A stretch of DNA of 64,000 nt. It comes from Callorhinchus milii. Lineage: Eukaryota. Location: assembly GCF_018977255.1 (NCBI RefSeq), contig NW_024704745.1, positions 36,952,001 to 37,016,000 of the forward strand. Direction: 5' to 3'. The position numbers and the translations under genes are program-made. The notes under the pieces are model-generated. The model was not told the DNA's origin, made no database searches, and saw only the letters and a list, made by a program, of their open reading frames with translations. Positions 50,586 to 62,960 of the stretch are shown here, in pieces (the stretch's first letter is position 1; each line of letters starts with the position of its first letter).

Positions 50586-52314
50586 TGTATTGTATTGAGG
50601 ACAACTTTGGGAAAACTCCTTACCCTTCTTTGAAATTAATTTAACATCACTCTGAATCCCAAGGATGACAAAACCTTGGTTTAATGACTCATTTGGTAAG
50701 GGATGGTGATCTAAAAGAAACAATAAAACATACTTGAATGTAATATATTGCTGTATGCTCAAACATCTCAAATTGCTTAATAAATGGAGTTATTCTGACG
50801 TGTAGTAATTTGATCCCATTGTCTCCACAACTGACAGATTTTGCACTAATGGTCAAAATTGCAACCCAGAAGTATTCCGGAATGTAATTTCCAATTTTGT
50901 TTTCGAATAAATGCAGACTTTAAAAATAATTCATTAGTTTGATTTATCCTTTGTTTGTTGTAATTCTGTTCGCACTGAATGAGGGTCATTATTCTTTTCC
51001 TGATGTACCAAATTTCATCTCTGGTAAGAGAAAGTATGCTGGAATCTTCTGGTAATTAAGCAAAGTCTGCGTATTATCATTTTGGAACTTTAAATCTCAA
51101 TCCATTTACTGCAAATAACTTCCAAGCATTAATAAAAGTGAGTGCAGCTTCTGCACAGATGCCTATGATTACTGATGAGAGTGAAAGCACATAGCCCTAT
51201 TTCATGTAAATGCTGCAAATCAAAATAACATTGAAATCATTTTTCTTCCCTAGCATATAGTACTTTATTCACCAATGGTGCATACATTTTTTTNCAGTGT
51301 ATCTAATACATCTAATCTTGGCCACAATATCGAGGGTGCACTAATGAAGAAACAGCAATTTGGTTTGGAATGATTTTCGACACCCAGAGTAATTTCTTTC
51401 CTGAAATCACATCCTCTTCCCTGAGAGAGGGAAAGTCAGACTACTGGCAATATTAGTTGATAACAGCAAAACAAAACAAAGCAATTGAAAATTTAAAGTT
51501 ACTCCTACAGCTTTTGTTCATGGCTCAAGCAATTGATTGCAGGCACATGGAGTGCTGGATCGCTGCTCAAAAATATTTTGTGTATTATCATATCAATACA
51601 TTGAAAAGTGTACAAGTTGAGTATCATCAGCATAAGCAAACTTAGAAATTGTTCCCCCTCCATATACCTATTTCCAAATTCTTAATGATGGAAAAGAAAT
51701 AGAGGCTCCAATGCTGAAGCCTGGACATGCTACAAACTAATTTTGATCATTCACTTGATGACTTTTTTTGGACCATTGCTGTGCACAAATTGGATACTGC
51801 ATTGAATTATAAAATACAGCAGTGTTGTCTAATAGAAATTCCTGAATAGCCAATGGTGTGGCTATTGCAACACTATTTTGCAATGATGTGCTCTGTTGAA
51901 ACTAGTGTTTATTGGCTGGAATTGCTTTCTTCTGCTTGGCCTGGACTGGGTATTTCGATTAGCTTTGGCATGCTGAGTTAACAGAAATTGCAGAGTGAAG
52001 AGAAGTTATGTGGGAAGAAACCCTACAAGCTCTATCTCTTCTAGACCTGTTCATGGCTGGCCTGCCAACAGCAGTGCACTAGAATAATGTGGACCTGTCT
52101 ATCTGAGGAACTGTACTACTAAGACCAGGACAGAGGTTTGATTATGGTATCTGCTATCACTTACTCTTGCCTTCAGCACTTCTGATATTCTGCTGCCAAG
52201 CATGGCACTTTGTTAGAGTAGAAATGGACCCAATTTACCTCTTTCTCCTTTTACTTTCCGCTCCCCTGCCCCAGAGGGTAGTCACAATTTGATAATTTGA
52301 CATCCAACAACAGT

Positions 52315-52918
52315 TTTTCTGTAGTGTAGTGACTGTATATTTGTAGGTGAATAGGGCAGCCAATTTGCACACAATGATGTGCCGCAAACTATTTTGAAAC
52401 AAATGACAAATTTTTATTATTACATTGGGTATTGATGGCCAGGATATTCGGAGAATGTCCCTGCTTTTTTCAAGTAGTGCTTTGGAATTTTTAATATCTT
52501 GAACAGGCAGACTGGAAATTGGCTGACAACAACAACTTGCATTTATTCAAGTTTATTCAATACTGAGATTGATAGATTTTTAAAAGCTAAAGGGATTAAG
52601 GGATATAAGCTTAGGGCGGGTAAATGGAATTAGGTAAGCAGATCAGCCATGGTCTTATTAAATGGCGGGGCAGGCTCGAGGGGCCGGATGGTCTACTCCT
52701 GCTCCTATTTCTTACGCTCTTATGTTCTTATGTAGCGCCCTTCGCACCGGACGGCATCTCGGAAAGCTTAATATCTCATCTAGAAGACAGCACCTCTGAC
52801 AATGCAGTTCTCCCCACCCTTCAAACATAGGTGTATCAACCTAAACTATGAGATTTATGAAGCTTGAACTCACAACCTTCTACTGAGAGGCAAGAGCTAC
52901 CAATCGAGTCAATCTGAC
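52315..52918 (-). mobile_element. Older Deu SINE carrying nested insertions
   Basis: Body at 52315-52520 resumes at 52780-52918 (cacaaccttctactgagagg). Confidence 0.65.
52552..52732 (+). mobile_element. CR1 3' end
   Basis: ttcaatactgagattgatagattt...gatcagccatgg...ggctcgaggggccggatggtctactcctgctcct, similar to 6840-7020. Confidence 0.85.
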
Positions 52919-53110
52919 ATAAAATGCAAACAGAAAGGATCCACAAAATTCTTCTTTCTTGTCACATGCCTAGAATTCAACACTTGTGCATTGCAGCTCA
53001 GATTGTAGTTAAACAACAATTTCTGAACAACAACAAGATTCCATTTATAAAGCGCCTTTCACGTCAGGAGGACGTCCCAAGGTGCTGCACAGTTGGGTCA
53101 TGACCCGAGC

Positions 53111-53287
53111 AGGGGGGAAATGGTCAGGGTGAGGGGAGGGAAGGGAGGGAGCGAGGAGGGGGAAATGGTCAGGGTGAGGGGAGGGAAGGGAGGGAGCGAG
53201 GAGGGGGGAAATGGTCAGGGTGAGCGGAGGGAAGGGAGGGAGCGAGGAGGGGGGAAATGGTCAGGGTGAGGGGAGGGAAGGGAGGGG
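53111..53287. repeat. 45-46 bp G-rich tandem repeat, about 3.9 copies
   Basis: Unit AGGGGGGAAATGGTCAGGGTGAGGGGAGGGAAGGGAGGGAGCGAGG starts at 53111, 53157, 53202 and 53248. Confidence 0.95.
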
Positions 53288-55420
53288 AGGGGGAAGAGAG
53301 TCGAGAGGGGAGCTGAAGGCTCGGTCAAAGAGAAAGGTTTTGAGACCGGCCTTGAAGGAGGAAAGGGAGGAAGCAAGGCGAAGGCACTGGGGGATAGAGT
53401 TCCAGAGCCTCGGGGCTGAGAGGCTGAAGGCCCGACCACCGATGGTAGGGCGGTTGGGGCGGGGGACGTGGAGCAGACCGGAGCCAGAGGAACGGAGGGT
53501 ACGGGCAGGTAGGTAGGGGGATAGTAGGTTGGAGAGGTAGGAGGGAGCAAGGCCGTGAATGGCCTTGTAGGTGAGGATGAGGATCTTGAAATCAATCCTC
53601 TGGGGGATGGGGAGCCAGTGGAGGCGAGCGAGGGTGGGAGTGATGTGGTCCCGAAGCCTGGTGCGGGACAGTACACGAGCTGCAGAGTTCTGAATGACCT
53701 GCAGCTTGTGGAGGGAGGTGGCGGGAAGGCCGGCGAGGAGAGAGTTCCCATAGTCCAGCCTTGAGGTGACAAAGGCGTGGACCAGGGTTTCAGCAGCGTG
53801 AGGGGTGAGGTGATGCCGTAGTCTGGCGATGTTCCGGAGGTGATGGAAGGCGGTGCCAGTTGTGGTGCGGATGTGAGGGAGAAAGGACAGCTCAGGGTCG
53901 AACAAAACGCCGAGGTTCCTGACTGGCTTTGAGAGGTGGAGAGTGCAGCCTTGGATGCTGATGGTGTCAGCGCCTGAGGTGCGGAGGCGCTGACGTGAGC
54001 CAATCAGGAGGGCCTCGGTTTTTCGCACGTTGAGCTGAAGAAAGTTGTCTCTCGTCCAGGACTCGATGTCGGACAGGCAGGCTGTCAGGACATCGGTGGT
54101 CGTGGAGTTGAGAGTAGAGGAGGAAAGGTAGAGTTGGGTGTCATCCGCATACATGTGGAAGTTAACTCCATGTCTGCGGATGATGTCACCGAGGGGGAGC
54201 ATATAGAGGGTGAAGAGGAGGGGACCGAGGACAGAGCCCTGAGGGACACCACATGAGACAGTACGGGGGGTGGAGGAGAAGCCATTCGTTGAGACAAAGT
54301 GAAGACGGTGAGAAAGGTACGACCTAAACCATTCAAGGACAGTGCCTTGAAGGTTGAGGTGGGAGGACAAGCGGTGGAGTAGGATAGCGTGGTCGACCGT
54401 ATCGAATGCTGCCGATAGGTCGAGGAGGACGAGGAGGCAGAGGGAGCCCTGGTCACAGATGGTCAGGATATCATTGGTGACCTTGACCAGGGCAGTTTCT
54501 GTGCTATGGGCAGCACGGAAACCTGACTGAAGGGGTTCGAAGAGAGAATGGGTGGAAAGGAAAGAGCGCAGTTGGGAGGCGACAACTCTTTCCAAGACCT
54601 TGGAGAGAAAGGGGAGGTTGGAGATGGGCCGGTAGCTTGATAGCTGCGACGCATCAAGGGAGGGTTTTTTCAGGGTGGGCGTGATGGTGGCAGTTTTTAA
54701 TGGAATGGGGACAGAGCCAGAGGAGAGGGACAGGTTGATGATGTCAGTGATATGTGGGGCAAGAAAGTGGAGCTGGGAGATAAGGAGTGGAGTGGGGATG
54801 GGGTCAAGGGAGCAGGTGGTTGGTTTTAGGGATAGGATGAGTTCAGTGACAGAGGGTGGGGAAACGGGTACGAAGGTGTGTAGGGGAGGATGGGTAGGAG
54901 TCGGAGTGTGGGAGAGGGGGTGGGTGTTGGTGGAAGTTGGAGGGGAAGTGACCGCGGAGCGGATTCCCTTGATCTTGGATTCAAGGAAATCCAGCATCTC
55001 CTCGCAGTGAAGGTTGGAGGAGATGACCTGCGCGGGGTGGCGGGGGGGACGGAGGAGTCGGGTTGTGGTGGAAAACAGTAGCCTGGGGTTGTTCTTCGCC
55101 TCCAGGATTATCCTGGAGTAGAAGGACGACTTGGCCGAGGCTAGAGTGGAGCGGTAAATTTTGAGGAGGTCCAGCCAGATTTGTCGGTGGACCGTTAGGC
55201 CAGATTTGACACAGGTGCGTTCAGCAGCCCGCACCTGGCTTTTCAGTGAGCGGAGGTGGGTGGTGTACCAGGGGGAGGAGCGGGAGTAGGAGACAGTGCG
55301 GGAAGTGATGGGGGCAAGAGTATCGAGTGTGGAGGAGAGGGTATTGTGGAGGAGGGAGAGAGGAGAAGAGGGGTCGGTGAGGGTTGAAGGCCAGAGGGAG
55401 AGGAGTTCAGAGGACTCCAA
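53261..55420 (-). CDS. L2 ORF2 reverse transcriptase portion (719 codons open)
   Basis: Stop-free frame with all RT motifs. It has no ATG of its own and continues the endonuclease region across frameshifts. Confidence 0.85.
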   Translation of the reverse strand: MESSELLSLWPSTLTDPSSPLSLLHNTLSSTLDTLAPITSRTVSYSRSSPWYTTHLRSLKSQVRAAERTCVKSGLTVHRQIWLDLLKIYRSTLASAKSSFYSRIILEAKNNPRLLFSTTTRLLRPPRHPAQVISSNLHCEEMLDFLESKIKGIRSAVTSPPTSTNTHPLSHTPTPTHPPLHTFVPVSPPSVTELILSLKPTTCSLDPIPTPLLISQLHFLAPHITDIINLSLSSGSVPIPLKTATITPTLKKPSLDASQLSSYRPISNLPFLSKVLERVVASQLRSFLSTHSLFEPLQSGFRAAHSTETALVKVTNDILTICDQGSLCLLVLLDLSAAFDTVDHAILLHRLSSHLNLQGTVLEWFRSYLSHRLHFVSTNGFSSTPRTVSCGVPQGSVLGPLLFTLYMLPLGDIIRRHGVNFHMYADDTQLYLSSSTLNSTTTDVLTACLSDIESWTRDNFLQLNVRKTEALLIGSRQRLRTSGADTISIQGCTLHLSKPVRNLGVLFDPELSFLPHIRTTTGTAFHHLRNIARLRHHLTPHAAETLVHAFVTSRLDYGNSLLAGLPATSLHKLQVIQNSAARVLSRTRLRDHITPTLARLHWLPIPQRIDFKILILTYKAIHGLAPSYLSNLLSPYLPARTLRSSGSGLLHVPRPNRPTIGGRAFSLSAPRLWNSIPQCLRLASSLSSFKAGLKTFLFDRAFSSPLDSLPPPLPSLPSP

Positions 55421-56492
55421 GGCATCGGTTAGGGATTGTGGGGGTGGTAGAAGATGCTGGTGGTTCTGGTGGAGGTGGGGAGGGGGGTGGAGGTGGTGAA
55501 GGAGATGAAGTAGTGGTCAGAGATGGCCTTGTCGGTAATAGTGACATCCGAGACACTGAGGCCCCGGGTGATCACCAAATCGAGTGGGTGGCCGTGACTG
55601 TGAGTGGGGGAGTTTATGTGTAAGGAGAGGTTGAGTGAGGAGAGCAGGGAAGAGAAGTCTGTGGAGATGGAGCAGGAGGGGTGAAGTGTAGGTTAAAGTC
55701 GCCCAGGATGATGAGGCGATCAGAGCAGAGGCAAAGAGATGTGAGGAGTGTTGAAATGTCAGAGATGAAGGTGGGAGAGGTTTTAGGGGGCCGGTAGAGG
55801 AGGAGGATTTTAAGGGAGAGGAATGAGGGGTGGGAGAGGGTGAGGTGCTCAAAGGAGGGGAAAGAGCCAGTGGAGTAGGGGATAGGGCAAGTGGTGTCCT
55901 TGAGATAAGGGCAACACCACCGCCACGGCGGTTGGGGCGGGGGATGTGGTGGGAGGTGTAGCCGGGTGGCGTGGCCTCCGTGAGGGGGAAGGTGTCGCCT
56001 GGGGTGAGCCAGGTTTCTGTTAAGGCCATGATATCAACGTTCTCATCAAGGATGAGATCGTTGATGACCAGGGCCTTGTTGCAGAGGGAGCGGACATTTT
56101 GCAGTCCGATGTGGAGGGAGCGGTTGACAGAAGGGTGTGTGGGAGGGGAGGGGGTCCAGGTTGTGAGGCAGGGGTGGGGGGATGGGGATAAGGGAGGAGA
56201 GGTTGACTCCCCGGGTCTGTGTCCGGGGTGGGTGGCGAGTGTGGTGGGGAATGGGGCAGTCGGTGTGGCTGCTGCTGGACAGCCAACGGCGAGTGCCGCG
56301 GTGAACCCGGCGGAGGATTCCCAGGCTGGAACAGAGGGAGGTTGTGGGAGGGTCAAGTGGGGATAGAAGACGAGAGGGACGGAGAGAGAGGAGGAGAGAG
56401 CGGGAGAGATGCAGAGGGGGGAGGGTTTGGGGGGAGAGAGGAGGGGGGCAGGAGGGAGGGGGTGAGGGGGCTCGGGTCAAAGCGGCAGCCAT
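55421..56492 (-). pseudogene. L2 ORF2 N-terminus and APE endonuclease, frameshifted in this sequence
   Basis: Motifs are split among three frames: MAAALT...LGILRRVHRGTRR...RGVNLSSLIPI / LQNVRSL...GGGVALI / LYRPP...GDFNLH / HGHPLDLVI...ISDHY. Confidence 0.85.
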
Positions 56493-57809
56493 AGTGCGCA
56501 CTATGTTGTTAGCAAAAGTATTAAAATATGGAAAAACTGTAAACTTCCCTCTTGAACCTAATACAATTTAACCAAAGGTGTTGGTTCTCCCATGTGCCAT
56601 CAAGTGAAGTTCTTGATGCCTCCATCCTTGTTATAGTTATCTCCTGCCATCCACTGTTATAAAAATAATAATCCTTGCATTTGATATAGCGCCTTATGCT
56701 ATTTTATGTAGAAAACAAAAGGTGAATCACCGACATTATGTTTCCCTTGCCCCCAACCCCTACCATACCACCAGAAGCATGGCGCCATTCAATACTGTCA
56801 CTGAATGCAAAATAATATAAGAATCTTTCATTCTCTCGACTTCAATTCTTCACCCAGCAAAGTGCACATTTTATACACAGATGCACATGCCTGCATAAAT
56901 GATTATGGTGTCTGTTATCACTTACTCTTGCCTTCAGCACTTCTGATTTCACTGGTCCTTTTTGTTAAAGTAATTATCTGCAATTGTCATTCAGCTGTGG
57001 AATAAAAAACATCCTCAGTTCTCAGTGGCTCAGTGTATTTCTGACAATTTTAATTATTTGCGTTCGCCATAACCCTTTTTCATCCAGTTTTCCAGTACAA
57101 TATGAATACAGTCACAATTAAAACAAATGCAAATATAATGTAACAATGACCCGAACTACCCAATGTACTACTTAAATAAGCCAAAATGTTTTTTTGGAAT
57201 ATAGAATTGGGAATATGAGTGTTGTTATATTTCATGGAGAATGCATTAGGGAAAATTTTTATCTCATTTAAATTCTTTACAAGAAGTCATTGTTCCCTAA
57301 ACTTATTATTAAAACAATCAAATCTAATTAGGCCGTATGCTAATTGCTATGTTTTAAATTGCATTTCAATCATTGCTGACATAAAAATACTGAGAAAATA
57401 ATAATAGTGATAAGCATAATAAAAATACTCTTTTATCCCAGTATTTTAATTTACAGTTAATATACAACTCCTGTTACTTTTAAAAGTGGAGCGATAAGGC
57501 AACATTGTACAATAATTGTGCTGGAGATGATTGTTTAAAGGATGAAATAGAGTAAGGAAAAAACAAACCTGAAGCATCCCAAAGGAAACATGATATTGAA
57601 TGACCAAGGGTTGGCAGATATGTAAATGAATGTGCCTGTGTTGAAGGAGGTAAAAAGAAACCCATTTTTCCAAGCAGAGAGTGAATTTCTTGGACAAGAA
57701 CATAGTAAAAACAATAGATATTTTGTATAAGGTGTCAGCCAGGCTGAACTCACTTAAGGAGGACTAAGTACCAGGCCAAGGATACTTAAGAAAGTGGAGG
57801 AAAAGATTG

Positions 57810-58640
57810 ATTATGTTCAAGGGGGTATCTTTAGGGATTCACTGGAAACTGAAATGGTACCTGACGATTGCAGAAAAGAGGATATAATTCTAATTGTCTC
57901 CCCACCCTCGGGAACTTTAGGTTGATAAATCTAACTTCCATTGCAGGAAAAACATCGAAGTGAAACCTGACAGAGAATAGTAAAGTACCTGGAGAAATAC
58001 ATACTTGTAATGGGTCCTCAGCATATACTTAATGAAAGGGAGCTGATGAATAACACATGTATTGAAGTACTTTGAAAAGATAACTGCATTCATGAACAAG
58101 GGAACTCAAAGGCTGTTATTAGCAAACCTTGTGACTTGGTGCACAGAAAAGATTGGTGCACAAACATAGAAGGCAAGGAAAAGGAGGGAGCTACTTAAGT
58201 GGATTGGAAATTAACTGAATTGTAGAAAACAAAGGGTAGATGTGTAGAGTTTAGTGGTAATGGAAGACCATAATTTGGTGCCTTAAACATCTGTGCCAAG
58301 TTATTACACTGTAAGAGTAAAAGCTGGCTAGGTTTGCTGATAATACCAAGGGGGCAGAGAATAGGTTGATTGAAGGAATTTTGATAGATTAGGGAACTCG
58401 GATGACAAGTGAGAAATGTCAATTAATATGGAAAATGGCGAGCTTGGGGAAGAAGAAAAAGCAATGGCATATAAGAAACATTTTATTAATGTCCAGGACA
58501 TGAGGAGATGGATTTGGAATTACTGGTGGATAGAGTGGTGAACATAGTATCATGGTGTGAGGCAGCAGCAAAGAGAGTAAACAAGATGTGAGATGCTTTG
58601 CTGAAGCGATAGAGTATAAGCAACAGGAAGTCAGAAATGT
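57810..58640 (+). mobile_element. Highly degraded CR1 RT fragment
   Basis: Remnants such as VPDDCRKEDIIL, QLMNNTCIEVL and KFADNTK-like gtttgctgataataccaag occur in CR1 order. Confidence 0.5.
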
Positions 58641-60199
58641 ACTTCCACAGAGTACAACACAAAATACAATACAAAATTACATTTGTATTGTGCCTTTCAC
58701 ATCGGAAGGATGTCCCAAGGCACTGTAATGGGTTCTGTAATGAGTACAGGTTACACCGCACCTCATTTACTCTCTACAGTTGTGTTCATCATAGTACAGT
58801 AGGAATATTTTAAGTGTAAACTATGACAGGAGAACCTCATTTTAATGAGTTAATATGGACTAAACAGCATGAAAAAAGGCAAACTTATAAGTTATCAGAT
58901 TTTCCCTGATGTCATTTCCTGCATGATGCACATGTGCAAGAAACACCACTGATGTCACTTTCTTTGCAAAATAACATGAGTGTCACTTCCTGTGCATATA
59001 GGCAGGAGGCTATGTCAGCAGCAACCTGACAAGGTAGACATGTTTTAGCACAGGCAATGACTTTTTAGTGCAAGAAGCCAAGTGTACCTCACTTCTGCTT
59101 AGCAACTAGACCTATGAGCAAGAGAGTATAATTTGGTAGTGTGGGTGGCTGGAGTGCTATAATGGGTTGTGTCCTAGTTGGAATTAGTCACCTAAATTAT
59201 GTAAGAGGCTACAGAAGCTGGAAATGTTCATAGTAGAGAAGGGACATTTTAAGACTGATGTTGTAGCAACAACAGCTTTTGATTTATATATAAAATGTTT
59301 TTGCAAATGATAATGTCAGAGATAGAATGGGAAACCAAGGTAGGAGTTAGGCGAAGGTACAACAACAACAACTTGTATTTATATATTGCCCGTCATGTGG
59401 GGTAGCATCCCGGAGCACTTGGTATGGTCAAAGAAGTACGTTTTTAGAAGAGATTTGAAACAACAGAAACAAATTACATTTATTAACGCCTTTCACTTTG
59501 CAAGAACATCCCAAGGTGTTGGAAAGTATAAAGTGTGTAAGGCAGAGGGAATTTAAGAGAGTTCTATAAAGCAGGGATAAGATGCCTGTAAACTCATTGT
59601 CCAGTGATGGGGTGGGGTTGTGCCCCCCAAAATACTGAAGCATTGTATAACTAGGTCTGACATTATTTGGTAAAGAAATCGACTGTTCTGTATATTCTTC
59701 TATTCCTATCTTTAAACTTAAAAATAATTGTACAGTTCGCAGATATAATGATGTGACTCTTGCATATGTGGCATATTCCCTGCCTGTCCTGAATAGAATA
59801 CTCTAAGAAATACAGAACTTGTTTGATTCTAATAGCTTGAAATGTATCTGACACTTCGGGTGAAATTTCATTTCATGGTAAATACAGCAACTTTGACAAT
59901 ATGTGCTTATAATGGAATTTTCTCAGAGATTGTTGTTCAAGTGTGATAAATCCACTATCATTTCTTGTTAATCAGCTGCCTCAATTTATAGAAGCAATTC
60001 GAAGAAATTGATTCTTGACTGTAATGTAGTCCCACTTTGTGAGATATTGTTTTTTCTGATGCTAGGTTGAATAATAAACAACCCACTCAGCTATCTGTAT
60101 GAACTCAGTCGGCTCTGTGAAAAATACTTTTTAGCATCAGGGGAATGGGATAGCAGTAGCTGAGGAAACAGCCATGGACGTGGCTGTTCACTTCATCAA

Positions 60200-60639
60200 T
60201 CTACCCTGCTCCCTCTGCTCTGTACACACTGACCTGCTCCACATCCCCCACTACTATTGGCAGTCAGGCTTTCAGCTTTTCTGCCCCCACCTTCTGGAAC
60301 TTCATTCTGTAGCTTTCTGCCACAAAATACACAGTCAATCCATATAAAATATATTTGTGAAGCACTTTGAGATGTTGCAACAATGTGATCAGGCGCTATA
60401 TAAATACAAGGATTCTAATTGTTATGCCATCCCTTGCTTCCCTCAAGGCCCATCTCAAGACATTTCTTTTTGATCATGTCCTCAAGTTATCGTCTTCGTC
60501 AACCAACCTCTCCAACCCCCCACACTCCACCCCTCTCTGATGCCAACCTGCAGCTCAGGTGCAAACCCTTATTGTCTAGTGCCTTGGGATGTCCTCCTGA
60601 CATAGAAGGTGCTATATAAATGCAATTTGTTGTTGTTGT
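60200..60639 (+). mobile_element. L2 3' fragment interrupted by a SINE tail (about 60320-60415)
   Basis: L2 C-terminal sequence on both sides of ccacaaaatacacagtcaatcc...aaatacaaggatt. Confidence 0.75.
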
Positions 60640-60912
60640 GAAAGTAAGGTTAGGGACATATACATAAATGCAAAATAAAATGGTGGAAAGAGTGGCACTA
60701 GTGATAATTGCTTATAGCAATCACAGAGACATGGCTAAATCAAGATAAAGTGAATACAGCTTGGAGTGCAGGGGTTTCCATTTATGTGAGATGCATGGGA
60801 GTTCAGACAGCATCTCAGGATGAAACATGATATTAAATTATCTGGTTAGATGTGCTTATCACATAAATGGTCAGATTAGCATTTGGGGTTTAGTACAAAT
60901 CCCCAGGCCAAA

Positions 60913-61217
60913 GGAGTCCTGTACCTCAGTGGTTAGAGCACTTGCCTCACAAGTGAGAAACCTGGGTTCGATTCGCAACAGAGCAAAACCTTGAGCAAGT
61001 TTCCTTACTCCACACGCATAATAATAATCCCTCAAGAAAAAAAATAAAAATAAAATTGGTGACTTCAATCGATGACAGTTTCCGGGACATTGCTGTGTGT
61101 AATTGGCTGCCGCATTTCGCCCACAAATTTAGTCAATTCACTTTTCAATATATTCTGTGAAGCACTTTGAGATGTCTAGAAGACGTAAAAAGCCCTAAAT
61201 CAAATGCAAGGATTATT
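60913..61217 (+). mobile_element. Young SINE, short variant, full length
   Basis: ggagtcctgtacctcagtggttagagcac...gggttcgattc...aaatgcaaggattatt. Confidence 0.9.
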
Positions 61218-61829
61218 GCTATTAAAGCAGGGAAATCGACTTGGCACTGTATAATAATGTTAACAGTGTATATGAGAAAAAGAAGAAAGTACTGTTGTGG
61301 GTCTTCAATCAGTTCAACATAAATTGGGAAAGTCTCTTTGCTTGTAAATGTAGTGCATAAATGGTTCTGGACTCGGTATATTATAAAACCCACAAGAGTT
61401 AGTTCCATTCTTGACTTAGTTCTAATTAGTGACCCAGACACTATTTCAGGGAGTGGAAGTAGTTCATCCACTAGGGGACAGTCAATATAGTTCAATAACC
61501 TTCAGTTTAACTTGGCAAATCGCACCAGCACAAGCAATCTCTTGTATACAACTTTAGGCAGGTAAACTTCGAACTTTACATGCTCCGAAACGCTGTCAGG
61601 GTGAAAGGCACTATATAAATGCAAGTTGTTATTGTATGAGGGCTGAGCTAAGAGACAGATAGAGAGGCATTACTCAAGAAACAAATCAGGTGAGGACAAA
61701 TAGAATTCTAAAGAATATTATGAGGTACACTAGTGAGGGAATGGAAGTAGTTGATCCACTAAATAACGATGACCACAGCTCAATAATATTTGTTTTGGGG
61801 AAACAGCAAAGGCACATAACCAAGCTGTA

Positions 61830-62472
61830 CAACAACAACAACAACAAAATTACATTTATAGAGCCCCTTTCAGGTCGGAAGGACATCCCAAAGTGCTGAA
61901 TAGTCAGATGTCGGGGCCCGAGCATGGGAGAGGGGTGGTGTAGGGGTGAGGGAAGGCAGAGAGGTGGAAGGGAGACCAAAGGCACAGTCAAAGAGAAGGG
62001 TCTTGAGACTGGCCTTGAAGGATGAAGGGAGGAAGTGAGGCGAAGGGACTGTGGGATGGAGTTCCAGAGTGTGAGGGCAGAGAGGCTGAAAGTCCGGCAA
62101 CCGATGGTAGGGCGGGTCGGGCAGGAGACATGGAGCAGGCCAGAGCCTGCAGCAGGTCAGCAGGTCAGAGAGGTAGGAGAGGGCAAGGCCATGGATGACC
62201 TTAAAGGTGAGGACGAGGATCTTGAACTTGATCCTCTGAGGGATAGGGAGGCAGTGGAGTTGGGCAAGGGTGGGAGTGATGGGGTCGTGGAGCCTGGTGC
62301 GTGAGAGTACACGAGCTGCAGAGTTTGGGATGATCTGCAGTTTGTGAAGGGAAGAGTTGGGAAGGCCGATGAGGAGGGAGTTCCCGTAATCAAGCCTTGA
62401 AGTGATGAATGGGTGAGTGAAGATTTCGGCAGCCTCAGGGGTGAGGCAGTGGTGGAGTCTGGCAATGTTGTG
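61830..62472 (-). mobile_element. L2 3' fragment
   Basis: LHNIARL...[13 protein letters not shown]...IKFKILVLTFK, with a (CAA)n tail at 61830. Confidence 0.92.
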
Positions 62473-62619
62473 GAGTTGTATTGCAGTATTGATCTTTAGA
62501 ACAACAATCATTAGGGTTATGAGGGCTGAACTAAGAGATATAGACCTGGAAGCATTATTCAAGGACAGGTTAGTTGAATTAAAATGGACCTCCTTAAAGA
62601 ACATTAATGCAGAGCGTGC

Positions 62620-62955
62620 ATGACAAGTCCAACAGGGGCAAAATAATCGATAACACACCTGAATGGATCAATAGCTGCCTTCACAAACTGAGATAACTTG
62701 GATAAAGGGAACGTGTATATAGAATATTAAATACAGTTCGGACAAAGGAGAGCTGCCCAAGACCTAAAGCATTGCAGAAGAGAGCATCAAGGATAATCCC
62801 CAGTGTTAGAAGAATGATATTCGAGCAATGATAAGATAAGATGTTCTAAATCATGGAAGGAGGCATCACAAAGGGGATCTTATAAAGGCCTATACAATTT
62901 TGAATGGTATTGAGGATGTAAACCCAGAATAATACTTCTGATCCACCAGGGCAAT
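62620..62955 (+). mobile_element. Degraded CR1 ORF2 C-terminal fragment (may continue at 63540-63825)
   Basis: gagagcatcaaggataatccccagtgttaga...aggggatcttataaaggcctatacaattttgaatggt resembles CR1 RRATKMIP...RGDLIEVYKI. Confidence 0.5.
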
Positions 62956-62960
62956 AGAAC

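Larger units (their letters stand above)
53026..56505 (-). mobile_element. L2-clade LINE, apparently full length (about 3.5 kb)
   Basis: APE endonuclease motifs (LQNVRSL, MALTETWL, RGGGVA, LYRPP, GDFN, SDH), RT motifs ([47 protein letters not shown]), an L2-type C-terminus (LHWLPI), a 3' stem-loop region and a (TTG)n tail at 53026. Confidence 0.95.

Noticed and set aside
53111-53287. CRISPR-like array
   Set aside because: Head-to-tail units without spacers in eukaryotic DNA; this is a minisatellite.
53211-56571. Pro/Ser- or Gly-rich ORFs overlapping the L2
   Set aside because: By-products of the element's strong C/G strand skew.
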